Source: Nitrospirota bacterium (lineage in GTDB: Bacteria > Nitrospirota > UBA9217). From it: a stretch of DNA of 64,000 bases. Position 1 is the first letter of the stretch. The number at the start of each line of letters is the position of its first letter. The stretch lies in NCBI GenBank assembly GCA_963749655.1, contig CAVVOB010000016.1:32001-96000 (forward strand). The letters run 5' to 3'. Positions 22,033 to 31,628 of the stretch are shown here, in pieces. Under the pieces are notes generated by a model that saw only the letters and a list, made by a program, of their open reading frames with translations, had not been told where the DNA came from and made no database searches. The translations under genes and the position numbers were made by a program.

Positions 22033-22551
22033 TCAATTTTTCTTTGAATGCGAAGACAAATACAACAGTAGTTGCTGTTCTTCGTCCTCACGCATTTTTT
22101 TCACAAAGCATTCGTCACTGGTACAAAGATTTTTTGACCAGTAGTCCGGCGTGTGAGATTCCGGCGCGATAAGATCGTGACATCGTCCACAGTGAGATTC
22201 GTACAGATTTTTACCCGTCCTGACGTCAGCCATGTAATTCTGCACCGTGGCGAGAGCTTCTTTGGAAGAATTTTTTGTGCACTCGTCTCTGGCAGGAACG
22301 GATAGAGCAGGGTCCGGTACCTTGTGGCAGATACTGCAAGTCGATGCAAATGCGCGCCCGGCATCGTGATAGCTCTGCTTCAATAGGACTGTCTTTTTCT
22401 CTGCTGCGGGCGGGATGTCTATGGATGCTGCCTTGGCGGGGAAAAACAGGATGCTCAAGAGCACCGTAGAGACAAACAATGCGGCAATGGCGTGGATACT
22501 GGGATGTAACGTCTTCTTCCCTGTAATAGGGGACAGTCTTTCATATGACAT
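22033..22551 (-). CDS. Diheme c-type cytochrome
   Basis: N-terminal signal/TM, CSICH and CGRCH. Confidence 0.75.
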   Translation of the reverse strand: MSYERLSPITGKKTLHPSIHAIAALFVSTVLLSILFFPAKAASIDIPPAAEKKTVLLKQSYHDAGRAFASTCSICHKVPDPALSVPARDECTKNSSKEALATVQNYMADVRTGKNLYESHCGRCHDLIAPESHTPDYWSKNLCTSDECFVKKMREDEEQQLLLYLSSHSKKN

Positions 22552-22577
22552 TTTCTCACCTCCTCCTTTTGACCGTA

Positions 22578-22606
22578 TAGACGGAGGCGAGGGGAAAAAA
22601 GATACA
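22578..22606 (-). promoter_or_regulatory. ECF sigma-type promoter
   Basis: Minus strand TGTATC-N17-CGTCTA immediately after the sigma stop codon, upstream of a GGAGGAGG RBS. Confidence 0.55.
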
Positions 22607-22607
22607 C

Positions 22608-23216
22608 CTATTGCATGGGAAATTTTACGTGGATGGTCTTCCGGTCACAGGACAGCTCGTTCCGTTCATCGTGGTACAGATGGCATGCCTGGTCCATGGC
22701 CTTCCTGAGCTGCTGCCGGCCGCGGTGCAGCCGTATCTTGATCGTATCGAGGGAGAGGCCGAGAAGATCTGCGATCTCGGCATTCGTGAAACCTTCAAGG
22801 TCGCCGAGGACCAGGACGGTGCGGTAGTTTTCAGGGAGATCGTTCACCATGCCGCGGATACACTCATTCATGTCCTTTCTGATCAGGAGCGTATCGACTA
22901 AAGGACCGGTATCCATGAGCACCACACTATTTGTATCACCAGTGCTGTCGTCGATTGAAGAACCGTTGAATTGTCTTTTTGCCTGTTCAACAGGCTTTCT
23001 CAGATGGTCCAAGGCAGTGTTCGTCGCGATCCGGTAGATCCACGTGGCAAGAGAAGAGTCTCCCCGGAAGCTGTCCAGGGACCGGCTCACTTTCACGAAG
23101 ACTTCCTGGGCCGCGTCCTCGGCGTCAACATCGCCGACGAGCCGCCGGAGATAGCCGACGATTTTCGGACGGTACTCTGCGTATATCGTTGAAAATTCCT
23201 TTTGACTGTCAGTCAT
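22608..23216 (-). CDS. ECF RNA polymerase sigma factor (SigZ-like)
   Basis: DAEDAAQEVFVK, TWIYRIATNTALDHLRK, region 4 EIADLLGLSLDTIKIRLHRGR. Confidence 0.92.
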   Translation of the reverse strand: MTDSQKEFSTIYAEYRPKIVGYLRRLVGDVDAEDAAQEVFVKVSRSLDSFRGDSSLATWIYRIATNTALDHLRKPVEQAKRQFNGSSIDDSTGDTNSVVLMDTGPLVDTLLIRKDMNECIRGMVNDLPENYRTVLVLGDLEGFTNAEIADLLGLSLDTIKIRLHRGRQQLRKAMDQACHLYHDERNELSCDRKTIHVKFPMQ

Positions 23217-23425
23217 TGCATGCTTTCATCGGACCGTAATGAACGCCCGTATACCCGTCATCCAATAAATTAAGCCCGCCCATTATCAGTATGGTACCGC
23301 TGACCTGTTTTGTATACAAGGAAAAATTTTCCACTTCTTGATAACTCAGGATGCCTCCAATAAGATAAAAATCCCGGTAGAATAATAAAGATCAGAGGAC
23401 GCCATAGGGCTCACGAGAACCCCGG

Positions 23426-23698
23426 TCATTCTCCTTTTTTCCTCACCAGCAAAACAGCAAGGGAGTCCAGATCATAATCGCAAACGCCGGACAGAAACTT
23501 CTTTTCCTTGCAGTGACGGATGATCTTATCAACAATGTCCTTAAATTCCTCTCTCAAGGTCATGAGTTCGCCTGTTCCACTGCAGCCTTTGTGCCGCTGC
23601 TTCGCAAGAAAATAAACCTGTGCGTACTCACTGGCCTCGTCTACAAGCGCGGCAAGGCGACTATCCGATTTTGCTGCCGTGAAAATTATATTTATCAT
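23426..23698 (-). CDS. Small hypothetical protein
   Basis: 90 aa ORF with an AGGAG RBS. No recognised domain. Confidence 0.6.
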   Translation of the reverse strand: MINIIFTAAKSDSRLAALVDEASEYAQVYFLAKQRHKGCSGTGELMTLREEFKDIVDKIIRHCKEKKFLSGVCDYDLDSLAVLLVRKKGE

Positions 23699-23814
23699 AG
23701 GATAAGCTCTCCTGCTGTCACTTCACCGGTGTATTCTAGAAATCGTTGTCTATTCTTTTGCACAGGTCCTTGCACGAGGATTCCGGCCATTTGAGAACCT
23801 CATGCGCTGCGCCT

Positions 23815-24570
23815 TTACAGCAGGCCCCACGCCATCTTTGCTGCAATGACATAGAGCACGATGCCGATGATCTTCTTAACCTGGTTCGCGTCCAGCTTCT
23901 TGTGCATGAGCCATGAGCCAAGGATCGCTCCTGCGATCGAGCCGACTGCGGCGAAGGCCAGGAGGTTCCAGTTGATGCTTCCCGTGGCGGCATGGCCGAA
24001 AAAGCCCGAGAGCGAAGCGAACACGACGATAAAGGCCGTGGTAGCCGACGCCTTCTTTGGATCGATGCCAAGCCAGACAAGGGCCGGAACGATGAAGTTC
24101 CCGCCGCCCACGCCGAGAAGCCCGCCGAGATACCCCGCGCCGATACCGAGACCGATCCCGGTTTTGAGTTCTTTCCTGCCGTTCCCCTCGCCCGTCCTCC
24201 TTCTTCTTCGGCTTGTAGAAAAGCATCATCGAGGCAGCGAAGACCAGAAAAAGGACGAACAGCAGGATGAGCGCGTTTTTCGGGAAAGTACCGCGTTGAA
24301 TACGCGCCCAGGGGAGAAAAGAGCACGGCAAGGACAATGATCGGAATAGCGGTCCGGAACAGGACGAGCTTGTAGCGGATATAATTGGCCGACGCAAAGG
24401 TCATGCTGATGGCGTTCAGCAGCAGGCCGATCGCCATGGCCTCGGTAAGCGGCACGCCGAGCCAGTAGAACGTCGGGAATAACGACGAACGCCGAGCCTA
24501 CGCCTGCGATGGTCAGGACCGTGGTGAAAACGAAAACGATGCCGGCGGCGGCAATATTGATGACAGACAC
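23815..24570 (-). CDS. TauE/SafE (TSUP) family exporter, frameshifted
   Basis: TIAGVGSAF, GLLLNAIS, GVGGGNFIVP, KKASATTAFIV across frames. GTG start with AGGAGG. Confidence 0.8.
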
Positions 24571-24592
24571 AATATGCCTCCTTAAAAAGTAT

Positions 24593-24628
24593 TCCTCTCC
24601 CCTCACGGGGAGAGGTTAGGTGAGGGGT
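24593..24628. repeat. REP-like palindrome
   Basis: CCTCTCCCC-tcac-GGGGAGAGG-ttaggtgagggg. Confidence 0.6.
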
Positions 24629-24652
24629 GGCACCAGACTACGATATCCGCCG

Positions 24653-25259
24653 CTATTTATCGTATCCTGAACAGGGAATGCAGACGATCTTGCCGCCTTG
24701 ACGCGGGTGTTCCGCTCAACGACCATCTCGCCGCACTGGGAGCAGGCCATGGTCTCGAAAGGTGTGCGGCACGTCTCTCCAGGGATGGTTCTTGATCTCT
24801 CCTACGTTGTAGAGCATCTCTGCAGGTGCGGTGGTCACGCCCTCGAACAACGGGGCAACGACCTCGGGCGGCACCTGGGACGCCGGTATGCCGGAGCTGC
24901 GCATCTCCATGAACTTGGAACCCTTGTTCTTTGCCATCACTTCGGCCTTGGGCACGACGCGTATCGGAGCGGCTTGTCTTCTTGTCGATCAGGGTCAGGC
25001 CCCATTTGCCGTAGCCTGTCCGGGTGATGTTGCCCTTGCCGTAGGTGCAGCCTGTCGCGACCTGGACACCGTCGGCAAAGCAGGTTGCGCAGTGGTTCTC
25101 GTCCAGTTCAACGATCGCCATAAGCTGGCCGTCCGGCGCTTTCGATACGCCGAGCTTCTCCATTGCGGTCAGTCCCGCCCGAAGCCCCATGGGCATGGCC
25201 GGGCACTTGTGGCCATGGAATTTAAGGCCCATTTCCAACAGTTCTTTGAAATCCTGCAT
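24653..25259 (-). CDS. FmdE family protein with C-terminal zinc finger, frameshifted
   Basis: FHGHKCPAMPMGLRAG, CFADGVQVATGCTYGKGN, C-terminal CSQCGE..VCIPC. Confidence 0.82.
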
Positions 25260-25299
25260 GATAATCCTCCTGATAGATTAGTTGAGTTTCGGTTGACCC

Positions 25300-25332
25300 T
25301 GAACTATGAACTTTGAACTCTGAACCCGAACC
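25300..25332. repeat. 7-nt tandem repeat TGAACYN
   Basis: tgaacta tgaactt tgaactc tgaaccc. Confidence 0.7.
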
Positions 25333-25428
25333 AACCTACCAGCCGTTCCACCAGCAGTGGCAAATGACGGAAAATCTCTTTTTTGCCCTGATCTTCATAG
25401 TATGTTCCCAATCTCCTGTACGTCTCTA

Positions 25429-26466
25429 TCACTGTATACGTCCGAACAGATACCCGCCAAAGACCGTGAATATAATGATCAGGCTTACGTACGCAACCGT
25501 TCTTTTTGTCCCCATGATCTTGCTGACAACCAGGATGCTCGGAAGCGACAGCACCGGGTCCGCGAGAAGATAGGCCATGAGCGGACCTTTCCCCATGCCG
25601 AGATCAAGAAAGACCTTTGCCATCGGCACCTCGACCAGCGTCGGAAAATACACAAGCACGCCGAACAGAACGGGGATGAGCAAGGCGGTCAGAGAATTCG
25701 ATCCCACGTAGGTCGTAACGAATTCCTGCGGCAATAAGACCTTGACCATGCCTGAAACGAAGACGCCGCCAAGGAGAAGCGGGGCGATCGTTTTGGCAAA
25801 ACCCCAGGTTTCTTTCATCCAGCTTTCGATCTCTTCTTTGATAAATAACTTTTTCGCGATCAAGGCGCTCGCGCCGATCAGAATGAGCACGATCACATAC
25901 TTGATCCAGGGTACGCTGACCCGTGTCCCGACAAGCAATATCCCGATAAGAACGCTGAAAAGATAAACCAGCCGTTTAATATCATGGCTCTTCGAGCTTC
26001 TGACAAAGGTATCCGAGGCCTGCGCCTCTTCCTGCTCATGGAACATTTTACTGATGATCATGCCTATCGAAACAGCGAACAGGATGGATAGGAATATCCG
26101 GGCCGCTGCAACGTCCCAGCCGATGAGACTGCCGGTATACAGGATTGCCACGATGTTCGTTGCCGGCGCGGTATAGAGAAACGCAATCGCTGGTCCGATG
26201 CCTGCCCCGCCTTTTTTTATCCCGGCAAAGAGCGGAAGGACCGTACAGGAGCAGACGGCCAGCAAAAGGCCCGAAGCTACGGATAGGGGATAGGCAATAT
26301 GCTTTGGCGAGTCTTTCCCGAGGTACGGCAGGAGCAGGTCCTTGGGGATGAGCGCCGCCATTGCACCGGCAATGAAAAACGCCGGGACGAGACAGAACAG
26401 CGTGTGCGCAAGCACATAATCATACACAGCGGCGAAGCCAGAGGATACTATCGCAGAGATGTTCAT
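25429..26466 (-). CDS. ArsP/DUF318-type permease
   Basis: CLVPAFFIAG, LAVCSCTVLPLFAGI, YFPTLVEVP, GMGKGP, multiple TM segments. Confidence 0.85.
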   Translation of the reverse strand: MNISAIVSSGFAAVYDYVLAHTLFCLVPAFFIAGAMAALIPKDLLLPYLGKDSPKHIAYPLSVASGLLLAVCSCTVLPLFAGIKKGGAGIGPAIAFLYTAPATNIVAILYTGSLIGWDVAAARIFLSILFAVSIGMIISKMFHEQEEAQASDTFVRSSKSHDIKRLVYLFSVLIGILLVGTRVSVPWIKYVIVLILIGASALIAKKLFIKEEIESWMKETWGFAKTIAPLLLGGVFVSGMVKVLLPQEFVTTYVGSNSLTALLIPVLFGVLVYFPTLVEVPMAKVFLDLGMGKGPLMAYLLADPVLSLPSILVVSKIMGTKRTVAYVSLIIIFTVFGGYLFGRIQ

Positions 26467-26471
26467 ACTTA

Positions 26472-26705
26472 CTACCTACGCAAGAGCGCGGCGATCTCTT
26501 CAACGCTGGGGATCTTGCCGCTTGCCACGGTCTTGCCGTCTATAAGCAATGCCGGTGTCATAAATATGCCTCGTTCGATGATCTTGCCCATATCATAAAC
26601 ATGCTCCACCGTGGCAGCAGCCCCGGTAAGAGCAACCGCTTCCTTTGTACGCTTCTCAAGCTCTGCGCATTTACTGCATCCAGAACCGCAGACTTCGATC
26701 TTCAT
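26472..26705 (-). CDS. Small thioredoxin family (redox-active disulfide) protein
   Basis: GSGCSKC, MTPALLIDG..SGKIPS. Confidence 0.88.
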   Translation of the reverse strand: MKIEVCGSGCSKCAELEKRTKEAVALTGAAATVEHVYDMGKIIERGIFMTPALLIDGKTVASGKIPSVEEIAALLRR

Positions 26706-26721
26706 GGTGCGCCTCCTCTTT

Positions 26722-27420
26722 TCAAAAAGCGCTTATTCCGATATAGATGCCGATTACGACAAGCAATGCGCCGCTGAAACGCTTCGAGTACAAGGAAAAG
26801 TTCTTAACGCCTTTCGAGCTGACAATGCTCTCCGTCAGCCCGATGGAAAGACCGGCAATGAAGATCAGCGCACAATGACCCACGGCATATGCAAAGAGGA
26901 GCGACCCGCCGTACAGGATATCGCCTTGCGTTGACACGTAGGCGAGGATCACGGCCAGCACCGGCGTTGCGCAGGGAGACGAGACCGTGCCGGTCAGAAG
27001 TCCGAGGAGGAATGCGCCCCAGAGTCCACGGGATTTGACCTGATGCGTCTTCTGGAACGGAAGCGGGATCTTGATGAGGCCCATGAGCTGAAGCCCCATG
27101 GTCACGGCGATCACGGCGAGGCCGATATAGAGCCACTGGCCCGCAAAGGAAAGAAATCGGCCCATGGCCGACGCCGCCGCGCCCAGGACCGTGAAGGTAA
27201 TTGAAAGACCGAGAATGAATACCAGGGAGTAGATCGCCGCTTTCTTTTTGTCTCCCCCGGAGTAACCGCCCACATACCCGATGATCAGGGGGATGGCTGC
27301 GAGCACGCAGGGACTTGCGGCAGAGATCAATCCGCCGATAAAAACAGTCCCGTATGCCAGGCCGTGATTATTCTGGACGATCGATTGTATATTGTTCAGC
27401 ATGGACTCCATTGTTATCAC
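26722..27420 (-). CDS. ccdA: Cytochrome c biogenesis / disulfide transporter CcdA
   Basis: SAASPCVLAAIP and SSPCATPVL, multiple TM segments. Confidence 0.85.
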   Translation of the reverse strand: MITMESMLNNIQSIVQNNHGLAYGTVFIGGLISAASPCVLAAIPLIIGYVGGYSGGDKKKAAIYSLVFILGLSITFTVLGAAASAMGRFLSFAGQWLYIGLAVIAVTMGLQLMGLIKIPLPFQKTHQVKSRGLWGAFLLGLLTGTVSSPCATPVLAVILAYVSTQGDILYGGSLLFAYAVGHCALIFIAGLSIGLTESIVSSKGVKNFSLYSKRFSGALLVVIGIYIGISAF

Positions 27421-27471
27421 CCGCTGCCTTACTCCGCTTCCCCGCAGCTCACTGCCGACCTGTCTGACTGG

Positions 27472-27849
27472 CTAAATCCCCGCCTTCTTCAGCGCCGGGA
27501 CTATTTCCTCGTAGGCATAGAAACCGACATGGCGGTGAAACTCCTTGCCGTTTCTGTCGAGGAAGACCTGCGTGGGTATCACATGCGCACCGAAACGGCG
27601 GCCGGTCTTATTATCCTTGCGCACATCGACAAAGATGACTTCAAGCTTGCCGATGTATGTTTCACGAAGCTTCTGCATAACCGGTTTCATATTCTCGCAG
27701 GGAATGCAGCCAACAGAACCAAGCTCCAGCATGACGATCTTGCCTTCTGCTTTCGCCTTGTTCAGCGCACCGTCGATATTGCCGGCGCTGCTGCATGCCG
27801 AAGAGGCAAGCAGGAGCACCACTGCCATCATTACGATCTTCGTTCTCAT
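27472..27849 (-). CDS. Exported thioredoxin family protein
   Basis: Signal/lipoprotein N-terminus, GCIPC, IPTQVFLD..GKEFHRHVGF. Confidence 0.87.
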   Translation of the reverse strand: MRTKIVMMAVVLLLASSACSSAGNIDGALNKAKAEGKIVMLELGSVGCIPCENMKPVMQKLRETYIGKLEVIFVDVRKDNKTGRRFGAHVIPTQVFLDRNGKEFHRHVGFYAYEEIVPALKKAGI

Positions 27850-27932
27850 TTTCCCTCCCTCAGTCTCTCTGTCGGTTACCGCATACCGCAAGCTTCATAT
27901 AATTACGTCAAGAGCCGTGACACCGATCAGCC

Positions 27933-29015
27933 TCAAACAGTATCGGTTCCCTTGACCTTGCAGTACTCAACGCTGAAATAGGTGCGCTGAAAGTACTTCG
28001 CAACGTTCACCAGGCTGATCAAGACCGGCACTTCCACGAGCGGGCCGATGACGGCGGCGAAGGCGGCCCCGGAATTGATGCCGAACACAGCAACAGCCAC
28101 TGCGATGGCAAGCTCGAAATTGTTACTCGCCGCGGTAAAGGAAAGGGTCGCGGTCTTCGGATAGTCCGCGCCGATCTTCTTCCCAAGATAAAACGACACC
28201 AGGAACATCACAACGAAATAGATGAGCAGCGGCACGGCGATGCGCACAACATCAAGCGGCAGGCGGACGATATAATTACCTTTGAGCGAGAACATGACAA
28301 CGATGGTGAACAAGAGTGAGATGAGGGTGATCGGGCTGATCTTCGGGATAAAGACCTTATCGTACCATTCACGGTCCTTCACCTTGATGAGCGTGAAGCG
28401 GGTCACCATGCCTGCCAGAAATGGTATGCCGAGATAGATGAATACACTCTTGGCAATCTGTGTGATCGTCACGTTGACCACGACGCCTTTGAGCCCAAAC
28501 CAGGCCGGGAGCACGGTTATGAAGATATAGGCATACAGGGAGAAGAAAAGAACCTGAAAAATCGAGTTGAAAGCCACGAGACCGGCAGCATACTCGGGAT
28601 CGCCGCAGGCAAGGTCGTTCCACACGATTACCATGGCGATGCAACGTGCAAGGCCGATCATGATGAGGCCGACCATATAGTCGGGATAGGACCGGAGAAA
28701 GATGATCGCGAGCGCGAACATCAGGACCGGGCCGATGACCCAGTTCTGGATGAGCGAGAGACCCAGTACCTTCTTGTTCCGAAAGACCTCGCCGAGCTCT
28801 TCATACTTCACCTTGGCCAGCGGCGGGTACATCATCAAGATGAGGCCGATGGCGATGGGGATATTGGTCGTACCAACCTGAAAGCTGTTGATAAAACCCT
28901 CGGTGCCCTGGATAAAGTACCCGAGGCCCACGCCGAAGGCCATTGCCGCAAATATCCACAACGTGAGAAACCGATCCACAAACGAAAGCTGTTTTCCCCC
29001 TTGTTCAGCCATCAT
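27933..29015 (-). CDS. acr3: ACR3 family arsenite efflux transporter
   Basis: [54 protein letters not shown]. Confidence 0.96.
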   Translation of the reverse strand: MMAEQGGKQLSFVDRFLTLWIFAAMAFGVGLGYFIQGTEGFINSFQVGTTNIPIAIGLILMMYPPLAKVKYEELGEVFRNKKVLGLSLIQNWVIGPVLMFALAIIFLRSYPDYMVGLIMIGLARCIAMVIVWNDLACGDPEYAAGLVAFNSIFQVLFFSLYAYIFITVLPAWFGLKGVVVNVTITQIAKSVFIYLGIPFLAGMVTRFTLIKVKDREWYDKVFIPKISPITLISLLFTIVVMFSLKGNYIVRLPLDVVRIAVPLLIYFVVMFLVSFYLGKKIGADYPKTATLSFTAASNNFELAIAVAVAVFGINSGAAFAAVIGPLVEVPVLISLVNVAKYFQRTYFSVEYCKVKGTDTV

Positions 29016-29029
29016 TGGCCCCCTTTCGA

Positions 29030-29740
29030 TTAAAGCGATGGTTTACTGCCGTCAATGCCTGATAATTGGCTTTCAGAGGTTTTCGTCCGGCAGGCCCCGC
29101 CGCAGGCGAAGCTCTTGGCCTTGGCCTTCTCAAATGCCTCTTTCCCTTCGCGTACACACAGACCGGCAATCACGAACGTTCCGACGGAATCGATACCTCC
29201 GATATGGGTCAGTTCGTAACCGATGCTTGCAATGAGAAGGACGATCGACAGCTGCAGGCAGGCGCGCGTGCATGCCGCGTCCGACAGAATGGCCTCGGAT
29301 CCAAGCTCTTTGCCGACCTTGACCTTGTAATGGATCAGAACCCACATCGAGGCGATGGAGACAAGTGAAATCACAATGCCCCAGGAGGTGGTGTCCGGCT
29401 TGTGCCCCTGGTACAGATCCACGGCAGCGGTGATGGCGAGCCCCACGGCAAGGACAACAAATCCTGTCCCGGTAATTTTAAGCGCTGTCTGTTCGAACTG
29501 GTCGGGATTTCCCCTGCCGTTGTTTCTGATCCTGCGCACCATGTGCCAGATACCGATGCCTGAAACAACCTCCACAAAGGAATCGACGCCGAAACCGAAA
29601 AGCGCCATGCTTCCGTCTTCGAGGCCGAAGAACACGGAGACCACTCCCTCAACGACATTGTATGCGATCGTGATAAGCGCAAGTGCAGACGCGAACGAAT
29701 AGAGTTTATTGTTTTTTTGAGCGAACGTCAGGGCGATCAA
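29030..29740 (-). CDS. Cation transporter (CDF-like membrane domain)
   Basis: [30 protein letters not shown]. Confidence 0.8.
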   Translation of the reverse strand: MIALTFAQKNNKLYSFASALALITIAYNVVEGVVSVFFGLEDGSMALFGFGVDSFVEVVSGIGIWHMVRRIRNNGRGNPDQFEQTALKITGTGFVVLAVGLAITAAVDLYQGHKPDTTSWGIVISLVSIASMWVLIHYKVKVGKELGSEAILSDAACTRACLQLSIVLLIASIGYELTHIGGIDSVGTFVIAGLCVREGKEAFEKAKAKSFACGGACRTKTSESQLSGIDGSKPSL

Positions 29741-29813
29741 CTTTCTCTCCTTTACCCGCTCCAGAGCACCGGATTAGGTCTGTGGACGGCTACTTTGGCG
29801 CGGGCTGCACGGT

Positions 29814-30191
29814 TCACGCTCCGCACGTGCAGGCCTTGCCTTTTTCCGCGGATGACGGAGCTGCTGATTTCTTCGACTTGAGAAAACGGGTGAGTTTTTT
29901 CCGGTCTTCGGCTCCAAGGGCTCCATTGGCCTTTTCGCAGAGAGACACCATCAGCATTCTTTTGAACAGGTCGGACTCGTTCAGGCTGTAATGGATCCAT
30001 TTCCCCGCTTTCCGATCCCTGATGAGCCCCGCTTCCTTGAGCGTGCTGAGATGGAAAGACACCTTCGGCTGAACCATTTCGAGCGCAGCTGTTATGTCAC
30101 ACACGCACAATTCACCCTGCTCCAGAAGCTTTATGATGCGCAGTCTTGTTTCGTCCGACAGGGCTTTAAATATTGATACCAGCTCCTCCAT
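29814..30191 (-). CDS. arsR: ArsR/SmtB transcriptional repressor
   Basis: FKALSDETRLRI, ELCVCDI, QPKVSFHL..LKEAGL, C-terminal CTC. Confidence 0.92.
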   Translation of the reverse strand: MEELVSIFKALSDETRLRIIKLLEQGELCVCDITAALEMVQPKVSFHLSTLKEAGLIRDRKAGKWIHYSLNESDLFKRMLMVSLCEKANGALGAEDRKKLTRFLKSKKSAAPSSAEKGKACTCGA

Positions 30192-30239
30192 AGATCTCCT
30201 TTATTTCAACGTTCCGCATTCGACATTCCGTATTTGTTC

Positions 30240-30482
30240 TCACAGCTCGCCCCTGATCAGTTCCTTCACTTTGTCCAGGCTTGGGAGCGGTTTGCCTGTA
30301 TGTTTGATCTTGTTGTTCACGATAAGACCCGGTGTCGAAAGTATGCCATGCATGGCAATCTGTCCGATGTCCGTGATCTTGTCGATCTTCGCTTCAATAC
30401 CCAGTTCCTTCACGGCAGTTTTCGCCATCTCCTCCATCTTGTGGCAATTCGCACATCCCGGTCCGAGGACTTTGATCTCCAT
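30240..30482 (-). CDS. Small thioredoxin family protein
   Basis: MEIKVLGPGCANC, ILSTPGLIVN. Confidence 0.88.
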   Translation of the reverse strand: MEIKVLGPGCANCHKMEEMAKTAVKELGIEAKIDKITDIGQIAMHGILSTPGLIVNNKIKHTGKPLPSLDKVKELIRGEL

Positions 30483-30492
30483 GTACAGCCTC

Positions 30493-31449
30493 CTATATGA
30501 TTGCGTTGAACAGATAGCCGACAGCAATGATGGTTATGGTCATGATTCCTGCAAACACGGCAAGAAGCTTGATTTTCAACACCTTCCTGAGAATGATCAT
30601 CTCGGGAAGGGACAGGGCGGTCACGGCCATCATGAAAGCAAGCACCGTGCCCATGCTCATCCCCTTCTCCATGAGCGCATACACAATGGGGATGACCCCG
30701 GCGGCATTGGAGTACAGAGGCACGCCGATAGCGACAGCGAGCGGCACGGCAAAAGGATTGCCGTTTCCCGCGTACCGCGCAAGAAAATCATCGGGAGCAT
30801 ATCCGTGGATGAAACCGCCGATTCCGATGGCGACGATCACATAGAGCCAGACCTTTTGCAGGATTTCCAGCGTATTGGCACGGGCATACACGAGACGGTC
30901 CTTAAACGTCTGCTTGACCGCGATGATTCCCACGCCGAGAGACTGTATCTTGTAGACGTATTCCTCGACCCATTTCTCCAGCTTGAGTTTTCCGATCAGG
31001 AACCCTGCAAAAATGGCAACTGATAATCCTGCACTCATATAGATCACAGCGATCTTCCAGCCGAAAAGACCCCAGAGAAGCACAACAGCAACTTCGTTCA
31101 CCATGGGAGAGGAAATCAGGAAGGAAAAGGTGACGCCGAGCGGCACTCCCGCTTCGACAAAACCGATAAAGAGCGGAACAGCAGAGCAGGAGCAGAAGGG
31201 CGTGACGATGCCCAACAGCGCGGCAAGAATATTTCCTATAAATTCCCGTTTATGGGACAGAATTCGCTTCGTCCGTTCGGGAGGGAAATAGCTCCGGATG
31301 GCCGATACCGCGAAAATAATGACCGAGAGCAGGATGAATATCTTAATTGTGTCATAAATGAAGAAATTCAGGGCATCGGCAAGTCGCACGCCCTGAACCA
31401 TTCCGAAGACCGAATAGACGATATAGTCAGCAAAACCTTTGAGCATCAC
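30493..31449 (-). CDS. ArsP-type permease
   Basis: TPFCSCSAVPLFIGF, FLISSPMVNE, PLYSNAAG, ALSLPEMIILRKV. Confidence 0.88.
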   Translation of the reverse strand: MMLKGFADYIVYSVFGMVQGVRLADALNFFIYDTIKIFILLSVIIFAVSAIRSYFPPERTKRILSHKREFIGNILAALLGIVTPFCSCSAVPLFIGFVEAGVPLGVTFSFLISSPMVNEVAVVLLWGLFGWKIAVIYMSAGLSVAIFAGFLIGKLKLEKWVEEYVYKIQSLGVGIIAVKQTFKDRLVYARANTLEILQKVWLYVIVAIGIGGFIHGYAPDDFLARYAGNGNPFAVPLAVAIGVPLYSNAAGVIPIVYALMEKGMSMGTVLAFMMAVTALSLPEMIILRKVLKIKLLAVFAGIMTITIIAVGYLFNAII

Positions 31450-31456
31450 CGCACCT

Positions 31457-31504
31457 CATATAAAATTATTTTTATATGTTAGCGAAAGGATGCGGGTTTG
31501 TCAA
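31457..31504 (-). promoter_or_regulatory. Sigma70 promoter with overlapping palindromic operator (probable ArsR site)
   Basis: TTGACA-N17-TAACAT on the minus strand. Palindrome CATATAAAA-ttat-TTTTATATG (31457-31478) covers the -10 and start region. Confidence 0.7.
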
Positions 31505-31628
31505 TGCAGATATATGGGCTGTTTCAGCGTGACGAACAACGAGAGGACCACGGATGAAAGGACCGAGGAAACCAGAATATCGTCCGGGATGACTTCCCAG
31601 GGAAAGCACCGTACCGATACAGTGAGCC

